Notes: generated from the sequence alone by a model not told the origin. Positions 40,064 to 50,750 are shown, counted from the stretch's first letter. The stretch: 64,000 nt of DNA from an uncultured Armatimonadetes bacterium (GCA_963717145.1 OY970325.1:416001-480000), one strand, 5' to 3'. Numbers and translations are program-made.

Positions 40064-40878
40064 GTGGCGGAGAAGATACAGGTTCAAGGAACAGAGATAA
40101 CGGTCATATCGCATCCACAGGGGGACTACATATCCCTGACGGATATGTTGAAGGCGAAAGACGGCGATTTCTTCATCTCGGACTGGTTGAGGAATCGCAA
40201 CACGGTCGAGTTTCTTGGCATCTGGGAGAGCGTCCACAACCCGAACTTCAATTATGGCGAATTCGCCGCAATTAGAAGTCAGGCAGGCCTTAACAGCTAC
40301 AAGATCAGCGTCAAGGAGTGGGTTAGCAGGACGCATGCCATAGGCCTGAAAGCAACCGCCGGAAGATATGGAGGCACCTACGCCCACAGGGATATCGCCT
40401 TTGAATTCGGCATGTGGATCAGTCCGGAATTCAAGATCTACCTGATCAAGGAGTTCCAACGGCTCAAGGACCAGGAGTTCAAGCAACTCGGATGGGACAT
40501 CCGCCGCAATCTCGTCAAGATCAACTACCGGATTCACACCGATGCCATCAAAGGGAATTTGATCCCGCCGGAACTCACCCGGCGGCAGATGGACTTGATA
40601 TACGCCTCCGAGGCGGATGTCCTGAACATGGCGCTCTTCGGTATGACGGCCAAGAAGTGGAGGGACAGCCATCCCGGCGAGAAGGGTAATATCCGAGACT
40701 ACGCGAACGTCTCGCAGCTTGTATGCCTCTCCAATCTCGAGAACCTGAACGCCCTCTTCATCAATGAGAAGATCCTCAGCCGGAACGGCTTCGCAAGTTG
40801 AACCAAATCGCGATTCAGCAGATGAAGATCCTATCGGAAGACTTCGGGATCAGGCAACTGGAGGCGGGGGACAAGTAA
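40064..40878 (+). CDS. KilA-N domain protein, frameshifted near 40770
   Basis: DYISLTD, WLRNRNT.EFLG.WE, GRYGGTYAH.DIAFEF; C-terminus ERLRKLNQIAIQQM in another frame, stop overlaps the res ATG. Confidence 0.85.
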
Positions 40879-43547
40879 TGGCTCTGCACAAGGACTTTCC
40901 GGAATCACCTCACGCGATACTCGATCCGGCGATCCGCTGGTTCCCGGCAGACGAAGCTCTGCGCGAGAGCAGCATGGACAAGCTGCTGCCTCCTCTCGTC
41001 CCGGAACTTCGGAAGAAGGTGAAGGCCTGGAGAGAGAGCGGCTACGACAAGGCTACGGAGACAAGCCGCTCTTTGCTCAACTGGTGGTTCAAGACGCCGC
41101 ACCTTCTGCCCAAGTCCGACGGCACGATGGCCGAGTTCCAGTACTACTTCGCCCAGCGGGAAGCGCTGGAGACGATCATCTTTCTCTACGATGTTGTCGG
41201 AGTCAAAGACAAGTACGACATGATGCGCTTCGACGGCTCCGGCTTCGTATCCACCGGCATGTTCGACGAGGACTGGCGGCGCTTTGTCGTCAAGATGGCA
41301 ACCGGGGCGGGGAAGACCAAAGTGTTGAGCCTGGTCTTGGCGTGGAGCTTCTACCATAAGCTCTACGAGCCGGAGTCGGAACTGGCACGCAACTTCCTGG
41401 TGATCGCTCCAAATATCATAGTCCTCGATCGCATCTACAAGGACTTCAAGGGCCTGCGCATCTTCTTTGAGGATCCGGTGATACCGGATAACGGCATTGA
41501 CGGTCGCAACTGGCGTGATGACTTCCAGCTTACTCTGCACCTGCAGGACGATGTCCGCATCACTCATCCCACAGGTAACATATTCCTGACGAACATCCAT
41601 CGGGTCTATGCCGGTGATGACATTCCCCCTTCGCCCGAAGATGACAACACGATGGACTTCTTCCTGGGAAAGCGTCCGAGCGGCGCAACCACCGATTCCA
41701 AGGTCGATCTCGGGATGATCGTGCGGGATATCGATGAACTCGTTGTACTTAACGATGAGGCTCACCATATCCACGATCCGCGCATGGCCTGGTTCAAGTC
41801 CATTCAGGATATCCACAACCGCCTCAAGCAGAAGGGGGATGTGCTATCACTTCAGGTGGATGTCACCGCTACCCCAAGACACAACGATGGTGGGATCTTC
41901 GTGCAAACGGTCGCCGACTACCCCCTTGTCGAGGCGATCTGCCAGAACGTAGTCAAGCATCCTGTCCTTCCCGATGCACCGAGTCGTGCGAAGCTGCAGG
42001 AACGGCAGAGCCCCAGGTACACGGAGAAGTATGCCGACTACATAAACCTGGGCGTGACGGAATGGCGCAAGGCATATACCGAGCATGAGAAGATGGGCAA
42101 GAAGGCGATCCTGTTCGTCATGACCGACGACACCAAGAACTGCGATGATGTCGCGAAGTACCTGGAAGACACCTATGCCGATTTGAAAGGCGCAGTGCTG
42201 GTGATCCACACCAAAGACAATGGCGAGATCTCGGAGAGGAAGAAAGAGGACCTCGAAGTACTGCGCAAGCAGGCTAACGATATTGATGGAGAAGACAGTC
42301 CCTTTAAAGCCATCATCTCGGTTATGATGCTCAAAGAAGGATGGGACGTGCGCAATGTCACTACCATAGTCGGACTTCGGCCATACTCGGCGAAGAGCAA
42401 CATCCTCCCGGAGCAGACTCTTGGGAGGGGACTACGCCGCATGTATCCGGAGCAGTCCGTTCCCGAATTGGTTAGCGTCGTGGGTACGGACGCATTCATG
42501 GATTTCGTCGAGTCGATCCAGGCGGAAGGCGTCGTGCTCGAACGCCGGGCAATGGGCCAGGACACGGGCGCCATCACTCCCCTGGTCATCGAAGTGGACC
42601 AGGACAACGTGAAGAAGGATATCGATCAACTGGATATCGAGATTCCCGTGCTGAGTCCGCGAGTCTACCGTGAGTACAAGAACCTGAGCCAGCTAGATGA
42701 GACTGCCCTGGGTCATACCAAAGTGACCTACCGGCAGTTCAGCGAAGAGGAACAGCGGGAGATAGTCTTCCGGGACATCACGACCGGCGAGATCACACAC
42801 ACCACCATTCTCGATACGGCGGGCGTCGCGGACTATCGAAGCGTCATCGGCTACTTCGCTCAGACCATCATGAAGGACTTGCGCCTCGTCAGCGGCTATG
42901 ACGTTCTCTACGGCAAGGTCAAGGCCTTTGCTCAGGACCAGTTGTTTGACCAGCCGGTGGACCTTGAGACTCCGAACACCCTTCGCAACCTCTCCGAAGT
43001 ACCTGCGACGCGGACGCTGATCGAAACCTTCAAGAAGGCGATCAACGAGTTGACTATCCAGCAGAAAGGCGACGCTGAGATCAGGGATCACATCAAGTTG
43101 CGGGAGACTCGTCCCTTCGTGGTGAAGGAACAGGGGTACCTGATTCCGAGGAAGAGCATCTTCAACAAGATCATAGGCGACAGCGGCCTCGAACTCCTAT
43201 TCGCGGGTTTCCTGGACGACTGCGAAGACATCATCTCCTACGCCAAGAACTACCTGGCTGTGCGCTTCAAGCTGGACTATGTGAACGCCAACGGCGACAT
43301 CTCCAACTACTATCCCGATTTCCTGGTCAAGGCATCGGACCGCGAGGTCTTCATCGTGGAGACGAAGGGCCAGGAAGACCTCGATGTCCCGCTCAAGATG
43401 GAGCGGCTCAGGCAGTGGTGCGCGGATATCAACCATATCCAATCGGATGTTGTCTACGGTTACGTTTACGTTGACGAGGAAGGCTTCGAGAAGTATCGGC
43501 CCACGTCATTCCGGCAGCTGGTTGATGCGTTCCACGAGTACAAGTAG
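40878..43547 (+). CDS. res: Type III R-M restriction subunit (Res; helicase plus PD-(D/E)xK nuclease)
   Basis: MATGAGKT, NDEAHH, TATP, EGWD, GRGLR and YPDF..VETKG motifs. Confidence 0.9.
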   Translation: MALHKDFPESPHAILDPAIRWFPADEALRESSMDKLLPPLVPELRKKVKAWRESGYDKATETSRSLLNWWFKTPHLLPKSDGTMAEFQYYFAQREALETIIFLYDVVGVKDKYDMMRFDGSGFVSTGMFDEDWRRFVVKMATGAGKTKVLSLVLAWSFYHKLYEPESELARNFLVIAPNIIVLDRIYKDFKGLRIFFEDPVIPDNGIDGRNWRDDFQLTLHLQDDVRITHPTGNIFLTNIHRVYAGDDIPPSPEDDNTMDFFLGKRPSGATTDSKVDLGMIVRDIDELVVLNDEAHHIHDPRMAWFKSIQDIHNRLKQKGDVLSLQVDVTATPRHNDGGIFVQTVADYPLVEAICQNVVKHPVLPDAPSRAKLQERQSPRYTEKYADYINLGVTEWRKAYTEHEKMGKKAILFVMTDDTKNCDDVAKYLEDTYADLKGAVLVIHTKDNGEISERKKEDLEVLRKQANDIDGEDSPFKAIISVMMLKEGWDVRNVTTIVGLRPYSAKSNILPEQTLGRGLRRMYPEQSVPELVSVVGTDAFMDFVESIQAEGVVLERRAMGQDTGAITPLVIEVDQDNVKKDIDQLDIEIPVLSPRVYREYKNLSQLDETALGHTKVTYRQFSEEEQREIVFRDITTGEITHTTILDTAGVADYRSVIGYFAQTIMKDLRLVSGYDVLYGKVKAFAQDQLFDQPVDLETPNTLRNLSEVPATRTLIETFKKAINELTIQQKGDAEIRDHIKLRETRPFVVKEQGYLIPRKSIFNKIIGDSGLELLFAGFLDDCEDIISYAKNYLAVRFKLDYVNANGDISNYYPDFLVKASDREVFIVETKGQEDLDVPLKMERLRQWCADINHIQSDVVYGYVYVDEEGFEKYRPTSFRQLVDAFHEYK

Positions 43548-43591
43548 CCGACGTCGGATCGCCTCCCGGAGTCCAAGTCGGGCCTCAGGTG

Positions 43592-43915
43592 TATAGAAGT
43601 ATGACCTCCCGCTGTCAGCCGGAGACGATACTTCCATCGAAGTATGACCTCCGGGAGTCAGCCGGAGACGACTTGTCTATAGAAGTATGACCACCGGGAG
43701 TCAGCCGGAGACGATACTTCTATGGAAGTATGACCACCGGGAGTCAGCCGGAGACGACTTGTCAATAGAAGTATGACCACCGGGAGCTAGCCGGAGACGA
43801 CTTGTCTATAGAAGAATGACCACCGGGAGTCAGCCGGAGACGATACTTCTATGGAAGTATGACCACCGGGAGTCAGCCGGAGACGATACTTCTATGGAAG
43901 TATGACCACCGGGAG
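43592..43915. repeat. 43-bp tandem repeat array (~7.5 units), each unit imperfectly palindromic
   Basis: Units start at 43596, 43639, 43682, 43725, 43768, 43811, 43854 and 43897; consensus GAAGTATGACCACCGGGAGTCAGCCGGAGACGATACTTCTATG. Confidence 0.95.
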
Positions 43916-44108
43916 ACGGCATCTGCTCATCATTCCCCCGCACGGACTGCTGCCCTCGGCAGCCCTCCGATCTGATCTTCGCCCCTTGTTCTCCTCTCGG
44001 CAAATGATATTGTCACAAGTTTCACTAAAGCTCCCATTGTCATGACCCGACAATTGAATCGGCGGCTAATCTGTACCACAAGCCGCCGGGTTTTTGACCG
44101 ATCTGTGG

Positions 44109-44236
44109 GAAACCTCGCCAACCCTTCGTGTGGGAGTATGGGAGTGTGAGAGTGTGGGAGCATGGGAGTATGGGAGTGCGGGCGATCCGCGCTCCCACAC
44201 GCCCAGACTCCCACACGAAGGGTTTGGGGACGTCTC
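44109..44236. repeat. GGGAGTRT octamer palindromic element
   Basis: aacccttcgtgtgggag(tatgggag)n...ctcccacacgaagggtt. Confidence 0.75.
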
Positions 44237-44273
44237 CGGGGCGGCTCGGTCACTTGAATGGAGGAAACTAGTT

Positions 44274-44951
44274 ATGGGTGATTGGATCCCCACTAAGGAC
44301 CTGGAACTCCAGGTATGGATGGACACGTTCCTGACCTACCTGAGCACGAATCTGGCGCACTTCGGGCTGGTGGCGGCGGATGTCCTCGATCTGACGGCTG
44401 CCTCGCCGGAGTTCAGCCAGGCGAGGGTTGCGGCGGAAGATGCCCGAATCGTGTATAAGGGCCTGGTTTCGGATAAGGGCGCCAAGCGCGATGCTCTCGT
44501 GGACCTGCTCAGGCCGATGGTCGCGCGGCTCCAGACCTTCCCCGCTACGACGAACCAGGACCGCGATTCGCTCGGGATTCCGAGACGCGGCGGGACATCC
44601 GCTGTCCCGCAGGCCATCGAACTGCTCCCGGACAGGCCGGTCGCAGGTATAAACATCGGCACGATCCGGAGGCATACGCTCCGCATCCAGAACGACATCG
44701 ATGGTACCATCACATCGGGCAAGCCCGAGGGCGTGAAAGCGGTCGAGGTCTGGGTGAAGGTCGGGGAAGCGCCGACGGGAGAGCCAGAGACGGACATGCG
44801 GTATGTGAACATGTCGACCAAGAATACGCTGGCGGTGGCGTTCGCGCCGGAGGATGGAAACAAGCAGGCGCATTACAAGATGCGCTGGATCTATAACGGC
44901 GGTCAGAAGGGCGGCTGGTCCGAGCTCCAGAGCGCGACGATCGCGGCCTAG
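44274..44951 (+). CDS. Hypothetical protein: helical N-domain plus FN3-like C-domain
   Basis: GGAGG RBS; WIP..D start, amphipathic helices, LGI, KPEGV...EVW and Y..RW...G..G.WS. Confidence 0.75.
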   Translation: MGDWIPTKDLELQVWMDTFLTYLSTNLAHFGLVAADVLDLTAASPEFSQARVAAEDARIVYKGLVSDKGAKRDALVDLLRPMVARLQTFPATTNQDRDSLGIPRRGGTSAVPQAIELLPDRPVAGINIGTIRRHTLRIQNDIDGTITSGKPEGVKAVEVWVKVGEAPTGEPETDMRYVNMSTKNTLAVAFAPEDGNKQAHYKMRWIYNGGQKGGWSELQSATIAA

Positions 44952-44955
44952 GGGA

Positions 44956-45105
44956 ATGGTTGATGGTTGATGCCGGAGACCGGATGCCGGACGCCGGACA
45001 TGGCTGATGGCTGATGGTTGATGGCTGATGCCGGAGACCGGATACCGGAAATGGTTGATGGTTGATGGCTGATGGTTGATGCCGGAGACCGGATGCCGGA
45101 TGCCA
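44956..45105. repeat. Higher-order heptamer repeat [(ATGGYTG)n(ANRCCGG)n]x3
   Basis: Strict 7-bp periodicity with 2-nt joints. Confidence 0.85.
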
Positions 45106-45146
45106 GGGGATTCTCTATGAGGAATCCAGGAATGCAGGAAGTGATC

Positions 45147-45176
45147 GGGGCGGGGGATGATTCCCCCGCCCCTTTT
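45147..45176 (+). terminator. Intrinsic terminator
   Basis: GGGGCGGGGGA/TCCCCCGCCCC stem followed by TTTT. Confidence 0.75.
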
Positions 45177-45236
45177 CGTCAGTCGATGGAGGTCGACTTC
45201 GTGCCTTGCCCAGGGTCGATTTCGATTCGTGCGGGC

Positions 45237-46830
45237 TCAGAAGCTGAAGTTGGCCGATGCTGCCAGGAACGTGCCCTGTCTTTGTACGGATACTGTCTTG
45301 ATCTCAGAGGCCGTCGTCGTATCTCCAACAGATACGCCGTTGAGCCTTTCCACCTTTCCGACAGCCAATCCGTACGTAAGGAACACCCGCGTCCTTCCCG
45401 TGCGGTGCGTTCCTCCGATCACAGCGGTGACTCCCAGCAGATATCGGACAGGATCTTTGGCGACCACTCCGAAGGTAATAGCAGGTGTGACAGATTGGTC
45501 TTTCAGGCAGTAGAAATGAGCCAAGGCAGCAGCCCCTATGTCAAGTCTGTCTGATGCACCCTCCTGGATGACCGTGGTAAAGTCGGTGGGCGGGTTCTTC
45601 GGCCCGACGATATAGTTGCGCTTCTTCAAGTTGGTGCCAGCCAGTCCGAGGCTGTAGTCGAGAATCCAGCGCCCGTAGACCGGGATAGTCTCTTCCGCCC
45701 GAGATGGCTTCGTGCCGCTGGTATCGGCTGTGGAGGCGTCCTTTGTAGCCGAATCCCCGCCGCCGCCTGCCTTCGGAGTCTCGGGGGCGCTCTCTTCACC
45801 TCCGGCCGTCTTTTCCTTCACCTGGACGACGATCTTCAGTTCATCCTTTGTCGGGGTGCACGGGTAATCTTTGTAGGCAGGGCTGTCCATAATCGCGATG
45901 AACATGTCCCGTGCTTTCCCAAGTCTGAGCTTGATCTCACTCAGATCGTTCCGAACTCCCGTTCGCTGTTCGTTGGCAATTGCGAGCAACTGATTGACCT
46001 GGGCGTCAGCGCCTGCAAGATACTTCAGGAGTTGCTCCGCGTTGGCCGGTGGCGTTCCAGAAGAGGGGTCCAGGGTCGCGACGATCCCCGCATAAGACGT
46101 CTTCCATCCATTGTAGGCCTTTCGAAGATCTTGGTAGTCCTTTTCGAGCTTACGAAGCGCGATGTTTGCCGGCTTTGGTATATCCTCTGCCCAATCACGC
46201 AGTCCCTGAACGTCTGCGGAAGAGTAGTCGTTCTCGTATGGGCCGGGCCCCCAGTGCAGAGACGTTGGAAATCCAGTGTTGATGCCATCAACATTCTTCA
46301 GAAACTCGGCCGCTTTGTATCTCATCTGCGGGTTCGTGTCCGCCGACTTGACTTGCTTTGCCAGATCGTAATCCAGCGTTGCAGCTCTTTCGAGTTTCGG
46401 CGAGACGACGGCTTTTAGCATGAAGAGGGTGAACGCTTTTGTGAAATCCTCTAGTGGCGTGGTCCCTCCTATCAACTGCAAGGCTTGGACTGTCGCTGCG
46501 GGCACCTCTTATCGGAATCGTAACAGACTTCGATTTCAGTATGAAGTCCTCGAGCGGTTTCGGCATCGTAGCCGTATGGTAATCAGTCTCCGTCATCGTG
46601 ACTGCGTAGTCATTTCGGAGGGTGTTCCATCTGATCACCCGCAATACGACCGGAGAGTCGCATTGGAGCTGGCGTACGCCACCGCTCACTTCTTGTTTGC
46701 CATTGTCCCATGTGTCGCCGAACGTCATAGTCTTCGCGTCGAAGTAGATCATCCTCTCTCCCGCTGCCCAGGCCGAGGCCGAGCAGACGAGCGCGAGTAG
46801 TAGCAGAGCCAGTCCCAGCGTTTTGTACAT
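45237..46830 (-). CDS. Secreted, probable outer-membrane protein, frameshifted near 46505
   Basis: Signal peptide after GGAGG; helical middle; alternating beta strands ending ANFSF. Confidence 0.65.
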
Positions 46831-46990
46831 GAAGTACCTCCTGTAATGTATTTGCAGACAGGCCGCCTGACTGCGTGCTCGGTAGGCTACGAGCAGCAGA
46901 CCATGCCGGCTTGCCCCCAAGATGCTTATCCGAGGGCATATGGCACGGTCGTCTGTAGTGCTACAGGTCAGTCGTTCTGAAAGTGTTAGA

Positions 46991-47019
46991 ATAATAACGT
47001 CATCTTATCGACCTGTCAA
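46991..47019 (-). promoter_or_regulatory. Sigma-70 promoter
   Basis: TTGACA-N17-TATTAT. Confidence 0.65.
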
Positions 47020-47188
47020 GCAGTTTTTTGGCATCAAGAGAAGACTGGAACGCGTGTGCGGCAAATGCTTTCTGCGTCTCCGGGCTCAGGGCGGGGAGCT
47101 GGTCAATAGCACTCCGGAAGGCATTCCTGTGGAATGGGGTAGCTGTACTTCAAGCTCTTGCTTTTCTAAGGGTGTTGGTGCAACCCTG

Positions 47189-47218
47189 GCCCTCCGTGCC
47201 TCGGGCGGCACGGAGGGC
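47189..47218. terminator. Hairpin ending the paralogue array
   Basis: 12-bp stem GCCCTCCGTGCC/GGCACGGAGGGC; no T tract. Confidence 0.5.
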
Positions 47219-47237
47219 ACGCAGAGAAGCTCGGGAG

Positions 47238-48069
47238 CTATATCAGAGGGGGCAACGCGAGCGCGCCGCTGACGTGATAGATGCTCCTCCGCGCGTAATC
47301 GTAGACATCGATATTGACCTTGAAATCTATGATGTAACCGTCCCGGAAGGGAAACACGATCTCGCACATCCGGGTCACCGGCTCGGAGTTGCCGATCGTG
47401 AACTCGCAGTACCCGGTGATGCGAATATCGACGCCGCTCCTCGCAGACGTCAAGTACCGTTCGTAGGCTTGTCGGAACTCCCTCATGCGAATCCGGACCG
47501 CGCCTCCGGGATTGTCGGGATCCAGGAGCAGGAACTGCTCGGGGCCTTCATCCGGAAAATACATGTAGGAGTAGGGCGAGCCGAGCCTGAAGTCGACCAT
47601 CCCCATGACGGGATAGTACATCGCGAAGGTTGCATTACGGCTCTGAGTCCGGCTCGGTCCCCGGATTGGCAATACCGACGCGATGTTGAGTCCTGGCTGT
47701 TCCCTGGAGGGCGACACTGTGATGGCGACGGGCTTGGATGTGATCCCGGCAAGGATTCCGCCGTCCGCGCCGAACGCCTGGACCTCATAGGCTCACCGGC
47801 GGGAGGTTGACCCTCAGGCAAGCGCGGCCGGCGCCATCGGTCTGAGCGAGACTGACCGAGGGCGTTCTCGTTGTGTTCGAGAGATCGAGGGCTCTGAACC
47901 AGACGGTCTCGCCGGCGAGCGGCTGGTTCATGTCGCCGAGGGCATCGGCGCAGAGGCGGACGTTGCCGGAGTACATCAGCAGATCGCTGGTGTAGGTGAG
48001 AGTGGCTGCGGTTGCCGGCATGGTGATGCAGAGACCGGCGACCAGTAACATATAAAGCTTGAACTTCAT
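47238..48069 (-). CDS. Secreted paralogue A (frameshift near 47795)
   Basis: Signal peptide; LTY..DL, CLRVNL, EQFLLLDPD.PGG.VRIR, GYCEF and DYARRSIY motifs. Confidence 0.75.
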
Positions 48070-48101
48070 TTCAGTGTCCTCCTTGCGATATGACCTTTGC
48101 T

Positions 48102-48131
48102 GATGCTTCGGCAGTCTGGTGACGAAGCATC
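48102..48131. promoter_or_regulatory. Conserved leader hairpin GATGCTTCG...CGAAGCATC (gene A)
   Basis: Also present upstream of paralogues C and D. Confidence 0.65.
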
Positions 48132-48159
48132 GTCAATACTCAACACCCAACATCCCGCG

Positions 48160-48964
48160 CTACAGGTACCAGTACCAGTACACCTTATCCGGCCAGCCGC
48201 CTGCGTGGTAGATAGTCCTCCGAGCGAAGTCCAGGACATCGACCTGGAATCCCAGGGTGTAGCCGTAATACGCCACGTGGCAGGTCGCCCTCACCGGCGC
48301 GGAGTTGCCGGCCTTGAACTCGCAGTACCCGATGAAGTGGCAGTCGTAGACCGGCGGCGGCGCAAATCGATACCGCAGGTAGGCCTGATGGAATCCCTGT
48401 ATGCGGATGCGTACGGGCCCGCCGGGGGCATCGGGATCCAGGAAGAGAAACTGCTGGTTGCGCGTCCTGGTGAAGTACATGTAGGAGTACGGCTCGGCGT
48501 CGATGTTGGTGGGATCTCCGTAGAACTCCAGGTAGAGCCCGAAGGTTGCGATCCTCGTGGAAGACTGTCCCCGCTCCTTGAGCGGCAGCTCTGCCCGACC
48601 ACGCCATGAGGTCCCCGCGGGTGGGATCCATCACGGTGAGCGCCACTGGGTCGGACGCAACCCCCATGCCAGAGGCCTGGAACTCATAGACCCCCGGCTG
48701 GAGGTTGGCTCTCAGGCATGCATACGCGCCGTTCGGCTGCCCGTAGCTCATGGGCGCGAGCCTGTTGATGTTGTAGACATCCACTGCGCTGAACAGGAAC
48801 GGCTCGCCGGTTATGGGGACGCCCATGTCATCGAGGCCCTGGACGCACAGCGGGACGCCGGCGTTCTGCTCAAAGAACAGGTCGCCGGTGTATGAGAGAC
48901 TGGATGCGGCTGCCGGTGTCGAGATACAGACGGCGAGCAGTAGCACGTAGAGCAGGGATTTCAT
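48160..48964 (-). CDS. Secreted paralogue B (frameshift near 48600)
   Basis: Same motifs split over two frames. Confidence 0.72.
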
Positions 48965-49016
48965 CTGCGTATCCTCCTTTGGTCGGATGGGTTATTGGCT
49001 GCCTGTAAACGGCGTT

Positions 49017-49817
49017 TCAATCCCAGGCCCACAAGGGCAGGCCTCCGGCATGGTAGATGCTCCTTCTTGCGTAGTCGTAGACATCGACGTCCATCCTTGT
49101 ACCGAGTGAGGAGAACACGATCTCGCCCCACCGGGTCGCGGGCTCGGAGTCGCCTATGGTGAAGTCACAGTAACCGATGAACCAGGTATCGAGATAGACA
49201 TAGCTGTCTGGCTTGATCTCCCGGTATCGATCATAGGCCTCCCGGAACTGCCTCATGCGGACGCGGACGGCGCCGCCGGGGTGATCCGGATCGAGGAGGA
49301 GGAACTGCTCGGTGCTTCCTTCCGTGTAATACTTGTACCCGTACGACATGGCGCTTGTGAAGAACATCGACGGCCATGCATAGTACATCCCGAAGGTTGC
49401 GAGCCGGCTCTGCGACTGGCCTGGCTCCCGGAGCTGCAGTGTACCTGAGTTGGCCTGCCAGGCAGCGTACCGGCCCACCACCGTGATTGCGACCGGCTGA
49501 GACATCGCGCCATCCGTGCCGAATGCCTGTGCCTCATAGACTCCCGGCGAGAGGTTGGCACTCAGGCATGTGTGTCCTGCGGAGTCGGTCTCTGCGATGC
49601 TTCCCGGGGCGGTGCGGGTGATGTTCCAGAGGTCGAGGGCACGGAACAGGACCGGCTCCCCGGCGGCCGGCTGGTCGAGGTCGTTCAGCCCCTCGGCGCA
49701 GAGGCGGACGTTGCCGGAGTACATCAGCAGATCGCTGGTGTAGGTGAGAGTGGCTGCGGTTGCCGGCATGGTGATGCAGAGACCGGCGACCAGTAACATA
49801 TAAAGCTTGAACTTCAT
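49017..49817 (-). CDS. Secreted paralogue C
   Basis: Intact ORF with the same motifs and AAGGAGG RBS. Confidence 0.8.
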   Translation of the reverse strand: MKFKLYMLLVAGLCITMPATAATLTYTSDLLMYSGNVRLCAEGLNDLDQPAAGEPVLFRALDLWNITRTAPGSIAETDSAGHTCLSANLSPGVYEAQAFGTDGAMSQPVAITVVGRYAAWQANSGTLQLREPGQSQSRLATFGMYYAWPSMFFTSAMSYGYKYYTEGSTEQFLLLDPDHPGGAVRVRMRQFREAYDRYREIKPDSYVYLDTWFIGYCDFTIGDSEPATRWGEIVFSSLGTRMDVDVYDYARRSIYHAGGLPLWAWD

Positions 49818-49849
49818 TTCAGTGTCCTCCTTGCCAAATACCCTTTCCG

Positions 49850-49893
49850 GATGCTTCGGTAGCAGGGGGGCCTGACGGCGCTGCCGGAGCATC
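49850..49893. promoter_or_regulatory. Conserved leader hairpin (gene C)
   Basis: GATGCTTCGGTAGC...GCTGCCGGAGCATC. Confidence 0.65.
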
Positions 49894-49916
49894 GTCGGGC
49901 CGCGAGAAGCTCGGGC

Positions 49917-50750
49917 CTACATGAAAGGCAATATGGGCACGCCGCCAACGCGGTAGATGCTCCTCCGGGCGTAGTCGAAGACATCGACATTGAACCTGAG
50001 ATCGACGGTGTAGACGTCATTGAAGGGAAACACGATCTCGCACATCCGGGTCACCGGCTTGGAGTCGCCGATCGTGAACTCGCAGTAACCGGTGAAGCGT
50101 AGATCGATGCCGGTGAACGGAGACGTGAGGTACTTGGCGTAGACTTGCCGGAAGTCCCTCATGCGGATCCGGACCGCGCCTCCGGGGTTGTCGGGATCCA
50201 GGAGCAGGAACTGCTCCGTGCGCGCATCGGGAAGATAGATGTAGGAGAAGGGCGCGCCGGGCTTGATGATGACGCCTGCGGTGTAGGGATAGTAGAATGC
50301 GAAGGTTGCATTGCGATTCTGAGTCCGGACCGGTCCCCGGACCGGCAATATCGCCGCCAGGCTGAATCCTTCCAGCTCCGCGGGGGACACGACTGCGATG
50401 GCGACGGGCTTGGACCCGACTCCCGCAAGGATTCCGCCGTCCGCGCCGAATACCTGCACCTCATAGGCGCCCGGCGGGAGGTTGACCCGCAGGCATGCGC
50501 GGCCGGCGCCGTCTGTCTGAGCGACGCTGAGCACGGGCGTCCTCGTTGTGTTCCAGAGATCGAGGGCTCTGAACCAGACCGTCTCGCCGGCTACGGGCCC
50601 GCCGAGGTTGTCGACGGCATCGGCGCACAGGCGGACACTGCCGATGTCCATCATCAGATCGCCGGTGTAGGTGAGAGTGGCTGTGGCTGCCGGTGTGGAG
50701 ATGCAGAGACCGGCGAGGAGCAGCAGGCAGAGCAGGGACTTCATTTGCAT
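49917..50750 (-). CDS. Secreted paralogue D
   Basis: Intact ORF with the same motifs. Confidence 0.8.
   Translation of the reverse strand: MQMKSLLCLLLLAGLCISTPAATATLTYTGDLMMDIGSVRLCADAVDNLGGPVAGETVWFRALDLWNTTRTPVLSVAQTDGAGRACLRVNLPPGAYEVQVFGADGGILAGVGSKPVAIAVVSPAELEGFSLAAILPVRGPVRTQNRNATFAFYYPYTAGVIIKPGAPFSYIYLPDARTEQFLLLDPDNPGGAVRIRMRDFRQVYAKYLTSPFTGIDLRFTGYCEFTIGDSKPVTRMCEIVFPFNDVYTVDLRFNVDVFDYARRSIYRVGGVPILPFM

Noticed and set aside
43592-43915. CRISPR or TIGR array
   Set aside because: Units are contiguous and near-identical with no unique spacers; no cas or Tas-like gene is in the window
47095-47187. IS200/605 or omega-RNA remnant (GTCAATAGC...)
   Set aside because: Only a vague resemblance; no tnpB or iscB sequence nearby
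47238-50750. Diversity-generating retroelement
   Set aside because: No reverse transcriptase, and differences between copies are not adenine-specific
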